Part shown: one piece after another, positions 19,172 through 28,587 of the stretch
Position numbering within the stretch: the first letter of the stretch is position 1
Layout of the letters: each line of letters starts with the position of its first letter
Source: an uncultured Acidobacteriota bacterium
GTDB lineage: Bacteria; Acidobacteriota; Thermoanaerobaculia; Gp7-AA8
Length of the DNA stretch: 64,000 nt
Reading direction: 5' to 3'
NCBI GenBank assembly: GCA_963822445.1
Contig: CAWGHO010000003.1
Coordinates: 256,001-320,000 of the forward strand
Position numbers and translations under genes: made by a program
Notes under the pieces: generated by a model
Told to the model about the DNA's origin: nothing
Database searches by the model: none
The model's input: the letters and a program-made list of their open reading frames with translations, nothing else

Positions 19172-20794
19172 ATGAAGAAGCTTCTCGTCACATCGGCCCT
19201 GCCGTATGCGAACGGCCCGATTCACATCGGGCACATGGTCGAGTACATCATGGCGGACATCTGGGTGCGCTACTGGCGGCTGCGCGGCCGCGATGTCGTG
19301 CACTTCTGCGCCGATGATGCGCACGGCACGCCGATCATGATGCGCGCGCGCAGCGAGGGGCTGTCGCCGGAGGAGCTGATTCAGCGCATCTGGCACGAGC
19401 ACCGCCGCGACTTCGCCGCGTTCGGGATCGACTTCGACTACTACCACAGCACGCATTCGCCGGAGAACCGCCAGCTCTCGGAGACGATCTATCGCGCGCT
19501 CGTGGCGAACGGCTACATCGAATCGCGCGACGTCGAGCAGGCGTACTGCGTCAACGACCGGATGTTCCTCCCCGACCGGTACATCCGCGGCGAGTGCTCG
19601 CGCTGCGGGGCCGCGGCGCAGTACGGGGACGCGTGCGAGGTGTGCTCGACGACGTACACGACGCGCGACCTGCGCAATCCGTACTGCGCGAATTGCAACG
19701 CCACTCCGGAGTGGCGGAAGTCGCGCCATCTCTTCTTCCGCCTGAGCCTCTTCGCGGACCGCCTCGACTCTTGGCTGCGCGCCGGTCATGTGCAGGAGGA
19801 GATTGCGAACAAAGTGAGTGAGTGGTTCGCGGACGGTCTGCAGGACTGGGACATTTCCCGTGACGAGCCGTACTTCGGATTCGAGATCCCGGACGAGCCG
19901 GGGAAGTTTTTCTACGTCTGGCTCGACGCGCCGGTGGGCTACATGGCCACGACCCTGGCCTGGTGCCGCGAGCACGGCGCCGATTTCGACTCCTACTGGC
20001 GCGTCGAGGATGAGGCCGAGGTGGTGCACATCATCGGCAAGGACATCATCTACTTTCACGCGCTCTTCTGGCCGGCGACGCTGATGGGCTCCGGATTTCG
20101 CACGCCGTCGAGCCTCGCCGTGCACGGGTTTCTCACCGTCAACGGCGAGAAGATGTCGAAGACGCGCGGAACGTTCATCAACGCGTCGAGTTACCTCGAG
20201 CATCTCGACCCGCAATACCTGCGCTACTACTACGCGGCGAAGCTCAGCTCACGCGTGGAGGATCTCGACCTCAACTTCGACGACTTCACGCATCGCGTGA
20301 ATGCGGACCTCGTCGGCAAGCTGGCGAACGTCCCCAGCCGTACCGTTCCGTTGCTCCACAAATACGCGCAGGGCCGGCTGGGCACGCTCGATGACGCGGG
20401 CCGCGAATTGCTGTCGCACGTACGCGAGCGGCGCGACGAGATCGCCTCGCTGTACGAACGCCGCGAATTCGGACGCGTCGTCCGCGCGCTCACGGAGCTC
20501 GCGCACGTGATCAACGTCTATCTCGACAAGGCCGAGCCCTGGAAGCGATCGGCGGAGGAAGCAGACGCGATCTCAACTGCATGCACCGGCGCGCTGAATG
20601 CGTTTCGCCTGCTCGCGATCTATTTCCAGCCGATCCTTCCTGAGTGGACCGTGCGGCTTGCGAAAATGTTCGACGTCCCGGCTCTCGGCTGGAGCGATCT
20701 CGACACCGACTTGGAGAACCACGCCATCCAGCCGTACGAGCGACTCGTCGATCGAGTCGACCCGAAACGGGTTCAGGCACTCCTCGGCGAGTAG
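19172..20794 (+). CDS. metG: Methionyl-tRNA synthetase, short form lacking the C-terminal tRNA-binding/dimerisation domain
   Basis: TSALPYANG.IHIGH, Zn-knuckle CxxC motifs, WDISRD.PYFG, YVWLDAP, IGKDI.YFH, KMSKT, and anticodon-binding N.Y....PW. The start is ATG 19172. Confidence 0.94.
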   Translation: MKKLLVTSALPYANGPIHIGHMVEYIMADIWVRYWRLRGRDVVHFCADDAHGTPIMMRARSEGLSPEELIQRIWHEHRRDFAAFGIDFDYYHSTHSPENRQLSETIYRALVANGYIESRDVEQAYCVNDRMFLPDRYIRGECSRCGAAAQYGDACEVCSTTYTTRDLRNPYCANCNATPEWRKSRHLFFRLSLFADRLDSWLRAGHVQEEIANKVSEWFADGLQDWDISRDEPYFGFEIPDEPGKFFYVWLDAPVGYMATTLAWCREHGADFDSYWRVEDEAEVVHIIGKDIIYFHALFWPATLMGSGFRTPSSLAVHGFLTVNGEKMSKTRGTFINASSYLEHLDPQYLRYYYAAKLSSRVEDLDLNFDDFTHRVNADLVGKLANVPSRTVPLLHKYAQGRLGTLDDAGRELLSHVRERRDEIASLYERREFGRVVRALTELAHVINVYLDKAEPWKRSAEEADAISTACTGALNAFRLLAIYFQPILPEWTVRLAKMFDVPALGWSDLDTDLENHAIQPYERLVDRVDPKRVQALLGE

Positions 20795-20801
20795 CCGCGC
20801 G

Positions 20802-21488
20802 TCAGCTCCACTCGTACAACATCCGCACGTTGCCGCCGACGTGCCGGGTCAGCAGCGTGATGAGGTCGTCCTTCGCGCGCTGCAGGTGATCGCGGTCCGT
20901 GGCCTTGTTCCCCTGCACGATGAAGAAGCAGTGTTTCGTATCGACGCCGACCTTCGTTTTCTCGACCTGGCGCACCTCGAGGCGGCAGATCACTTCGTTC
21001 GCGTCGTCGACGTAACCGTACTCGCCGGTGCGGATGGCTTTCGGAGCGTCGGCGCCGAGCGGAACGAACCGCTCGTCGCCGCGGGTGAGACGGAGGTGGA
21101 CGTTGCCGTCTATGTGGTCGACGTCGTGCGCGCCGAGGGCAAGGTGAGTTCGCAGCGAAACGATGTTGTAGAGATCAACGAGAACGTTCACGTGCGGCAG
21201 GCGGCTCGTCGACTGCACCATCGACACGAGGTTCTCCGGCGACGCGACGAACTTGCGGTTCGAGCAGCCGACCGCTTCGTGCAGATCGCGAAATCCTTTC
21301 AGCACCGGGTCGGCTTTCGGATCGATCTGCGCGCGGAGGACCTCCTGAATCGTCGCGACGCGCGCTTCTTCGACGGCGTCGTTCATCTCTTCGTTGCGAA
21401 TGTCCTCGATCACGAAGTACACACCTCGCACGCCGAGCGAGAGGACTTCGTCGGAGATATCGAAGGACAGGTCACGCGCAGGCATCAC
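20802..21488 (-). CDS. Stand-alone B3/B4 (PheT editing-like) domain protein
   Basis: SPENL, LP.VN.LVDLYNIVSL, GAHD.D.I.G...LR...G.E.F.PLG, GEY.Y.D...VIC, RQ..KT. Confidence 0.88.
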   Translation of the reverse strand: MMPARDLSFDISDEVLSLGVRGVYFVIEDIRNEEMNDAVEEARVATIQEVLRAQIDPKADPVLKGFRDLHEAVGCSNRKFVASPENLVSMVQSTSRLPHVNVLVDLYNIVSLRTHLALGAHDVDHIDGNVHLRLTRGDERFVPLGADAPKAIRTGEYGYVDDANEVICRLEVRQVEKTKVGVDTKHCFFIVQGNKATDRDHLQRAKDDLITLLTRHVGGNVRMLYEWS

Positions 21489-22189
21489 TCACCTCGTTTG
21501 CGAACTACGAATACCCAGCTCTGATGTTCGTGAGGATATTCGCGAAACCCTTCGTGCGGCGGCTCGCTCCACGTCGCGAGGTCGATAGAGACGAGATCGA
21601 ATCCGGCGCCGGCGACCAGCGCCTCGACGTCTTCCCGGGCATAGAAGCGATAGTAGAAGCGGTCGCGATAGATCCACTCCTCCCCGGAGACGTTCTTCAT
21701 GTCGATGCCGCGCGTCGAATCGCCGAGCGCGAACACGCTGCCGAGGAGCAGCCCGCCCGGAGCGGTGATGCGCAGCAATTCGGCGATCGCCGCGCCGACG
21801 TCGCGCAGATGGCCGAGCAGGTCCCAGCAGAAGACGAAGTCGAACTGATCGTCGGTGAACGACGTGGAAAAGACGTCGGTCTGCAACGTGACGCAGTTGC
21901 GGATCCCGTTGCGGCGGCAGAGCTTGGCCGCGATGCCGAGGGCGTTGGCAGAGGAGTCGGCTGCGACGACGATCGGCACCGCCGCCGCGAGTGTGGGGAT
22001 GTTCCTGCCATCGCCGCACGGCAGATCGAGCGCGATCCGCGCGCCTGCTTCCGCGGCCATCGAGGCCGCCCGCTGCACGTGCGGGACGGCAGCTTCGCTC
22101 CAGAGCACGGCTGACATTTCGAGAATGTACGAGTCATCCCACGCGGACTTCGAGCGCTCGTCGATGCCTTCGAGTTTCGTGCTCATCAT
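21485..22189 (-). CDS. Class I SAM-dependent methyltransferase
   Basis: LDLPCGDGRN, AADSS, FDFVFC.D.L.HL, LRITAPGG. ATGA overlaps with both neighbouring genes. Confidence 0.88.
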   Translation of the reverse strand: MMSTKLEGIDERSKSAWDDSYILEMSAVLWSEAAVPHVQRAASMAAEAGARIALDLPCGDGRNIPTLAAAVPIVVAADSSANALGIAAKLCRRNGIRNCVTLQTDVFSTSFTDDQFDFVFCWDLLGHLRDVGAAIAELLRITAPGGLLLGSVFALGDSTRGIDMKNVSGEEWIYRDRFYYRFYAREDVEALVAGAGFDLVSIDLATWSEPPHEGFREYPHEHQSWVFVVRKRGE

Positions 22190-25100
22190 GCCGATGCCTC
22201 CGGCTCGAGTGGTTTGGAAGAACCGAGATCGTCGAGCGGGAAGGCCAGCCGGAACCCGATGTTGTCGCTCGACTCGCCGGGATGCGCCGGATAACGCCAG
22301 TAGCAGCGCATCGTCCGGGGAAGATCGTCCCACCCGCCGCCGCGGACGATCTGGAATTCGCCCTCTTCGAGCTTCGGATCGTCCTCCGGGCTGTTCTCGT
22401 AGAAATCGACCGCGTACCAGTCGGCTGTCCATTCCCAGACGTTGCCGGCCAGGTCGTAGAGGCCGAGGGCATTGGGCTCGAACGATCCGACTTCAGTCGT
22501 CGGAGGAGTCGCCTTCTCCTCGGCCCACCACGTTTTCAACGCCTCGTCAGTCGGCGACGCGACGTGCAGCGCCGCGCAATTTGCGAGCGAGTTGTTCCAC
22601 GGCAGGTTGCCCCAGGGATAAAGGCGTGCGAGCGATCCGCGCGCCGCCAGTTCCCACTGCGCTTCCGTCGGCAACTCGACCCCGTAGCCGAGCCGCCGAG
22701 CTAGCCAGTTGCAGTACGCCATCGCATCCTCGCGTGCAATCTGCACGACCGGGTGATCGAGGCGCTCGTTCGCCGTATTGCGGCCGCTGGCGCGCGGGTC
22801 GCGCCATGAGGCCTTCGGCGCCGGCTCGAAGCGATCGTTCGGGCCGATGATCTTCGTCGCCCGGCCCCACTCCGCCGCGGTGACGTGGCCGGTTGCGTCG
22901 ACGAACGCCTGGAACTCGCGATTGGTCACCAGGCGCGTCGCAAGGATGAAGGGCGAAACGCGGATGATGCGCGGCGGGCGTACGAGCTGCGGACGGATGT
23001 GCTTCGGTGCGATCTCCCATCCACCGCGAATGAAGCGCGCGCCGGGAATGATCACCGCTTCGATCCCTTCGGCTGCGATCCGCTTCAGTGCGCCGCCGTG
23101 ATTTTCGGTCAGCTTCTTCTGCCCTTCGACGCGCCGCGCATCTTCTTCTTCGAATTCGCCCTGCAGCGTTTCGGGCTGCATCAGTTCGCGCCAGAACAAC
23201 CACTTGTCGACGTCGCGTCCGCCCTGGCGGGGAATCAGCGGCGCGATCCGGCTCTGAAGGGACGGCCGGTGCGTGATCAACGACCGCGTGAACTCCGCTA
23301 CTTCCGACAGGTTCATCGGCGGCTTTGGCAGGTCTTCGAACTTCGCCGCGCGTCCGGTGAGCTCGACGAGATATTCGGCGTGGAAGTAATCGACCCAGTA
23401 GCGCTCCAGCCATTCCAGCTCGCCGTGAACCGTTTTGGCGATGTAGATGTTGTCCGGAAGCGCCGTGAGGAGCGCCTGCCGCTTCGCGTCATCGGCGGTC
23501 TCCAGCCCCGGCAGCAGCGCGAGCTCCGAGTCGGCATCGGCGAGACTCAGAGCCAGCGGTCGCGCGCCCGGCTTCGTGCTGACCCGATGCGCGAGGCGGC
23601 GGAGGAACGCGCGCTTGAGCTCCGGCTGCCATCCTCCCTGCGTGGTGGCGGCGAGCGCCGACTTTTCGAGCGCCTGGGCGATCGGCTGGATCGTTCGCTC
23701 TCCGCGCTTCCAACCCTGCAACTGCTGCTCGAGGTTGCCGGGCCAGATGACGTCTTTCGGATCCGGATGTGCGAGCACCGCGCTCATGAAATCGTCCTTG
23801 CCCTCGGGAATCGTCTTGGCGGCAACCTCCTCGACCTCTTCCATGCGGTACGGGCGCAACTCGAGAATGCGCGCGATGCGTGGCTTTCCCGGTTTGTCAT
23901 ACGATCCGAACGACGGGATCGACGCGTTGTGCGCCTCGGCGAACGCGCCGCGCGCGGTGGAGAGAATGATCTTGCATCGCCGAAAGCCGGTGGCGGGCAT
24001 GATCTGTTCGTAATTCTCCCCGAGATTCGGCTCGGCTTCGTCGAATCCGTCGAGCAGGAGCAGCAGGCGGCCTTCCTCGTGAAGATGGCGCAGCCACTTG
24101 GGCTCGTATTCGACGTCGTATGTGCTCAGCGTGTCGGTCATGAACGCGAAGAGGTTCTTGCCGGCGAGATTGCGGATGTGGAAGTACAGCGGAAGCCGGT
24201 CAGCGTATGGGTCGCCGAATACGCCGTGCAGGTAACGCTGCGCGAGCTGGTACCAGAGATTCACGAGCAGGGATGTCTTCCCGTGGCGGGAATCGCCGAC
24301 GAGCACCATGAGCCGGCAGGTGTCGTCCGCGAGTTGCTCGTCGACCCACTGGCCGGTGGTCGGGTAGTCGGTGATCCCCGGCATCGAGTTCGGAGCCGGC
24401 TGATGCGGAACCGATCCGGGGATGCTGATGACGTCGTAGCCGTTCTCGATGCGCGTGAATCCGCGGCGCAGCCTGAACTGCTGCTTGAGTGGCGCGCCGT
24501 GCGGAATGAGCAACGTGGGCGTGCCATCGACCGACTCGTATTCCGTCAACAACCGATGGAGGATCGGCCGCAGTTTCATCGTGACATCGATGTTCTCCGG
24601 CGTCAGGAGATGCAGGCTGTCGCCCAGGTGGAGGTCATTCGTCTCTGAAGCGAACCCCTGCAGCGACGCGAATGCCAGCACGTCGGCCTCGGCCCTGTTT
24701 GCTGACCACCACGTGCTCACGTCGTTGGCGCTCGGGATGATCCCGGTCTCGATCTTCAGCCGCATGCGCAGGTTGCGATCGAAACGGTCGCGCGCCGGGC
24801 GTGACAGATCGACCGTCATCTGGTGGGTTCCCGGCCAGCCCGGTGGCAGTTGGAATTCCAGCATCTCCAACCACGCGCCGACAAGCTCGATGAACGCTTC
24901 CTGCTCCTGTTTTGGCACGATCTCGCCGGCGTCCGTGCCCGACAGGGTCTGGGACGGACGAATGCCGGCTTCGCGGGCGAGCGCGAGATCGAGCGCGAAG
25001 CTGAACGTGCGGCTGCTCTGCAGTTGCTCGTGCCCTGCCTGAACGGCGCGCTCGAATGTCATCCGGCCGTCTTCACCGCGGCCGCGCCACTCGCTTCGTC

Positions 25101-25632
25101 CCTTTTCGTCGCGTTTTGCGCTGGAGAAACCCGTGCATTCGATCGGCAGAAACGCTTCGCGTCTGATGAATTCCTTCAAGTCGCTGAGCGGCGATGTGAG
25201 AAGCCCGGCATTGCTGAACAATTGCTGTTGATCGGGCCGGGCTGCTTTGGGTTGACCGTTGGACATCGCCGTACGATCGACCAGCACCATGGCGTGATCG
25301 GCAAACACGACCAGGCCGCAAAACAGCCCGTGATGCAACGCCAGAGCGGCGAACATCGCGGACAGGTCGAGACAGTTCCCCTTTTTTCCCGCCAGGATCT
25401 CGTCAGGCGTCAGGATTTTCTGTGACTGACTGAATTCGCCGGAATGAGACACATACGTGATGCCCTGCGCGGCCAGCGCTTCATAGATGTGCTTTGCGAC
25501 CGCGTCCGGCGCCGCGATTTCGTCCAGACGAGGCGCCTGAATGGGAAACCGGCTGATCACGGACGCGTGTTCGTCGACCTGTTGCGCCAGATCTTTCTCG
25601 ATGTTTCTCTGCCAGTAAACCGCCATCGTCAC
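22186..25632 (-). CDS. Multidomain protein: transglutaminase-like, NACHT/STAND NTPase and C-terminal FGE-sulfatase (SUMF1-like) domain
   Basis: N-terminal GNCLDLS...DHA...IECT. Walker A GDSRHGKT and Walker B LLLLLDGFDE. C-terminal VTNREF, HPVVQI..EDA.AYC.WL, LPTEAQWE.AARG, GLYDLAGNVWEW, RGGGW, IGFR. Confidence 0.87.
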   Translation of the reverse strand: MTMAVYWQRNIEKDLAQQVDEHASVISRFPIQAPRLDEIAAPDAVAKHIYEALAAQGITYVSHSGEFSQSQKILTPDEILAGKKGNCLDLSAMFAALALHHGLFCGLVVFADHAMVLVDRTAMSNGQPKAARPDQQQLFSNAGLLTSPLSDLKEFIRREAFLPIECTGFSSAKRDEKGRSEWRGRGEDGRMTFERAVQAGHEQLQSSRTFSFALDLALAREAGIRPSQTLSGTDAGEIVPKQEQEAFIELVGAWLEMLEFQLPPGWPGTHQMTVDLSRPARDRFDRNLRMRLKIETGIIPSANDVSTWWSANRAEADVLAFASLQGFASETNDLHLGDSLHLLTPENIDVTMKLRPILHRLLTEYESVDGTPTLLIPHGAPLKQQFRLRRGFTRIENGYDVISIPGSVPHQPAPNSMPGITDYPTTGQWVDEQLADDTCRLMVLVGDSRHGKTSLLVNLWYQLAQRYLHGVFGDPYADRLPLYFHIRNLAGKNLFAFMTDTLSTYDVEYEPKWLRHLHEEGRLLLLLDGFDEAEPNLGENYEQIMPATGFRRCKIILSTARGAFAEAHNASIPSFGSYDKPGKPRIARILELRPYRMEEVEEVAAKTIPEGKDDFMSAVLAHPDPKDVIWPGNLEQQLQGWKRGERTIQPIAQALEKSALAATTQGGWQPELKRAFLRRLAHRVSTKPGARPLALSLADADSELALLPGLETADDAKRQALLTALPDNIYIAKTVHGELEWLERYWVDYFHAEYLVELTGRAAKFEDLPKPPMNLSEVAEFTRSLITHRPSLQSRIAPLIPRQGGRDVDKWLFWRELMQPETLQGEFEEEDARRVEGQKKLTENHGGALKRIAAEGIEAVIIPGARFIRGGWEIAPKHIRPQLVRPPRIIRVSPFILATRLVTNREFQAFVDATGHVTAAEWGRATKIIGPNDRFEPAPKASWRDPRASGRNTANERLDHPVVQIAREDAMAYCNWLARRLGYGVELPTEAQWELAARGSLARLYPWGNLPWNNSLANCAALHVASPTDEALKTWWAEEKATPPTTEVGSFEPNALGLYDLAGNVWEWTADWYAVDFYENSPEDDPKLEEGEFQIVRGGGWDDLPRTMRCYWRYPAHPGESSDNIGFRLAFPLDDLGSSKPLEPEASA

Positions 25633-27008
25633 CCCTCTTCAATGACGTCGAACATTTCGAACACTGGTGGTGGCGCGTACGCGCCGAAGAACTCGCTCTC
25701 TACCGTCACGCCGTACCGCCCGGGTTGCAGGTGGCCGAGGCTCACCGTCGTCGGCTGGCCTTTCGTTTCCACCGTCTGCACGATCGGCGTATCGCGCAAC
25801 TTCACGATATAGCGCGAGAACTCCGGTGCGTTCGGCGTGATCGTCACGAGCGACTCCTCCGCCGTCGTGTAGACGTCGCTGACGCCGACGTCGATCGATG
25901 CATCGCTCCGGATGGCGCGGGGTTCCCCGAGGACTGCAGTCGCGCCGGTCCATTGCATCTGCAACACGTGCTGCATCATGTTCTGCAGCAGAAACGCATT
26001 GCGCTGCACGCCGGCGTGCGAGTCGGGGACGTACACCTCGCGGCCTTTTCTCGCGAGCTCCCCGGGCACCGCGGAAAGTCGCGGCACGCGGCCGTCGCCG
26101 TCGGAGAGGGCGGCCAGCACGCCCGGACGCGGATCGAAGCGGACCTTGATCTTTCCTCCGCTCGCCTCCAGCCATTGCGGCGTCTTCTGTCCCCATCCGA
26201 CGCACGGGTGAAGATAATCGCCGGCCTTGCCGGCGAGCTCGTCGTGAAACGCCCAGCCGTTCTCGACCTGGCCCGGATCGAACGGAACCTGTTTTGCGTC
26301 GCGAATCGTCGTCCACTTCGAGCCGTCATGGACGATCGGATCGATCGGCAACAGCTCGTGCGCGGAGGCGAGCGTCTTCACGAGGTCGCTGAGATCGAGC
26401 CCCTTCTCGTGAAATCCGTTGGCGATGTAGTCGGCGATGCTGTTCGATCCGCGGTGCGGTGTTCCGAACGTGAAGATCGCGCGGCAGTCTTCAGCGCCGC
26501 CGAGGCATTCCGCCCAATAGCGGCTGACCAGACCGCCCATGCTGTGGGCGATGACGACCACCTTCGCATCGGGAAACAACTGGCGCCGCCATTGCGCCAG
26601 CAGCGGGTCGATGAATTCCTTCAGCTTCTTCGCGGAATGGCGATTCGAGCGCCGCCAGTCGTACGCGAAGAGATGAAAGTTGCCTGCGCGCGTGAGCGAC
26701 GGTTCCTCGAAGTCGAGCATGTCGTAGAGCGCGTCCCGGATCGTGCGCGGGCCGACGCTCTTGACCAGGCCATAGAAATTGAACGGCAGTTCGATGACCC
26801 GCTCGGCCGTCACTCCGTCGCCGAGATCGTCGACCGAACCGTCGTCGATCCCGGTGACCTCCAGGCTTTTTCGCGCCTCGGCGTTTCGCAGCAGCCTGAA
26901 ATACGCCGCCGGCGACGCATCCCAGAGGACCTTGCCGTCTTTGACGAGGACCGAGCCGATGATCCCCGGCACATAGACAAAGATGTCTCGCGCACGCACA
27001 CGTTCCAT
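25629..27008 (-). CDS. Alpha/beta-hydrolase (lipase/LCAT/PGAP1-like)
   Basis: VPGIIGS.L, FAYDWR, nucleophile elbow AHSMGG, GTPHRGS, GDGRVP, and H. Confidence 0.88.
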   Translation of the reverse strand: MERVRARDIFVYVPGIIGSVLVKDGKVLWDASPAAYFRLLRNAEARKSLEVTGIDDGSVDDLGDGVTAERVIELPFNFYGLVKSVGPRTIRDALYDMLDFEEPSLTRAGNFHLFAYDWRRSNRHSAKKLKEFIDPLLAQWRRQLFPDAKVVVIAHSMGGLVSRYWAECLGGAEDCRAIFTFGTPHRGSNSIADYIANGFHEKGLDLSDLVKTLASAHELLPIDPIVHDGSKWTTIRDAKQVPFDPGQVENGWAFHDELAGKAGDYLHPCVGWGQKTPQWLEASGGKIKVRFDPRPGVLAALSDGDGRVPRLSAVPGELARKGREVYVPDSHAGVQRNAFLLQNMMQHVLQMQWTGATAVLGEPRAIRSDASIDVGVSDVYTTAEESLVTITPNAPEFSRYIVKLRDTPIVQTVETKGQPTTVSLGHLQPGRYGVTVESEFFGAYAPPPVFEMFDVIEEG

Positions 27009-27099
27009 CGAATTTTTCGCTGCTACCTAGCTGGGAGTGTCGCAAGCGCGGTTTTCCCTACCTCGACGCGGCGGAAACGGAGGAAAAGGGTCGGCGCGA

Positions 27100-28587
27100 T
27101 CAGCGGCCGACGGTCACTTCCTTCTCCAGCTGATCCAGGATGCGCGCGGCCACTCCGCGGTCGCTGTGAGGGATCCGCCGGCCGTCGATGAGCTGAAATT
27201 GCTCCGAGCCTTTTCCCAGCAGGACCACGACGCCGCCGGGAAGGGCGAGCTCGATGGCTTTGGCGATTGCCGTCGGGCGGTCGACGATGGTCCGTACCTC
27301 ACCACGCTGGTCGCCCGGGCCGAGCCCCGCGATCATGTCGCGGATGATCGCGGCCGGATGCTCGTGGTTCGGATTATCGCTGGTGAGGATGCACATGTCG
27401 GAGCCGGCCGCCGCCGCGCGGGCCATCAACGGCCGTTTGCGGCGGTCGCTGTTGCCGCTGCATCCCACCACGGCGACCAAACGCCGGTCGCCCGCGATCG
27501 CCGAGATCGTCTGCAGAACCGCTTCCACGCTCTCCGGCGTGTGCGCGTAATCGACGTAGACGCTGACTCCGAGCGCGGTCGGCACCCGTTCGAGACGGCC
27601 GGGGATCGGCTTCGCGGCTGCCATTGCATCGATCGCCGCGGGCAGGGAACCGAGAACGTCGGCGGTGACAGTGAGCGCCGCCAGCACATTGCGAACGTTG
27701 TATTCACCGAGGAGAGGCAGGCGCAGGTCGCGACCGCCAATTCGCATCGTAAGGCCCGACTCATCGCACGAATATTGTTGCGGTGTCAGATCGGCGTCGC
27801 GAAGGCCGAACGTCTGAACGCGCCCCGGCGCGCACGATTCGAAGCGGCGTCCAACCGGATCGTCGCCATTGATCGCGCACAGGGTCGACGGAGACGCATG
27901 AAAGACCGGGTCGCAGATCAGCCGTTGCTTCATCGCGATGTAATTGTCGCGACCGCGGTGATATTCGAGATGATCGGAGCCGAGGTTCGTGAAGGCCACG
28001 GCCGCGAATCGAAGACCGTGGATGCGCTCCTCTGCGATTCCGATCGAGCTCACTTCCATGATCGCGTGAGTTACGGCCTGATGACGTGCTTCCGCCAGGA
28101 ACGAATGAAGCAGCAGCGGCTCGGGAGTGGTGTTGACCGCCGGCTGGAATCCGTCCGGAAGCTTCATCACGAGCGAGTTGCTCAGCGCGGTTCGTAATCC
28201 GGCCGCGCGCAATGCCGCCTCGATGAGGTGGCACGTCGTGGTCTTTCCCTTCGTTCCGGTCACGCCGATCAAGGTCAGGTTGCGGTGCGCGTTTCCTGTG
28301 AAATTCGCGCACGCAGCGGCATAGGCGCGGTTCGCATTCCGGACGACAATGCGAGCGACGTCCTGCGGCAGCGTTTCCTCTTCGTGATCTTCCTCTTCCA
28401 GCACCACAAGACGCGCGCCGTTCTTTACCGCCGCGGCAGCGGTCGTACGCAGGGTGGGGGAGCTGCATTTCACGAAGATGCTTCCGGGCCGCACGCGCTC
28501 CGGCAGGATCGCAATCGAGCTCACGTCGATCGACAGATCGGATTCGCGAACGACGTCGACGCCGGCGAGGACATCCTCGAGCTTCAC
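27100..28587 (-). CDS. MurE-like Mur ligase (accessory paralog)
   Basis: GVTGTKGKTT, TTPE, MEVSS, FTNLGSDHLEYH, PGRLE, VDYAHTP, TSDNPN, LLGKG.E. The GTG start at 28587 overlaps the upstream stop codon. Confidence 0.88.
   Translation of the reverse strand: MKLEDVLAGVDVVRESDLSIDVSSIAILPERVRPGSIFVKCSSPTLRTTAAAAVKNGARLVVLEEEDHEEETLPQDVARIVVRNANRAYAAACANFTGNAHRNLTLIGVTGTKGKTTTCHLIEAALRAAGLRTALSNSLVMKLPDGFQPAVNTTPEPLLLHSFLAEARHQAVTHAIMEVSSIGIAEERIHGLRFAAVAFTNLGSDHLEYHRGRDNYIAMKQRLICDPVFHASPSTLCAINGDDPVGRRFESCAPGRVQTFGLRDADLTPQQYSCDESGLTMRIGGRDLRLPLLGEYNVRNVLAALTVTADVLGSLPAAIDAMAAAKPIPGRLERVPTALGVSVYVDYAHTPESVEAVLQTISAIAGDRRLVAVVGCSGNSDRRKRPLMARAAAAGSDMCILTSDNPNHEHPAAIIRDMIAGLGPGDQRGEVRTIVDRPTAIAKAIELALPGGVVVLLGKGSEQFQLIDGRRIPHSDRGVAARILDQLEKEVTVGR

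Noticed and set aside
22186-23100. True formylglycine-generating enzyme or a DGR target
   Set aside because: The catalytic Cys pair and a sulfatase neighbour are missing. No reverse transcriptase or template-repeat copy of the 3' end was seen in the window.
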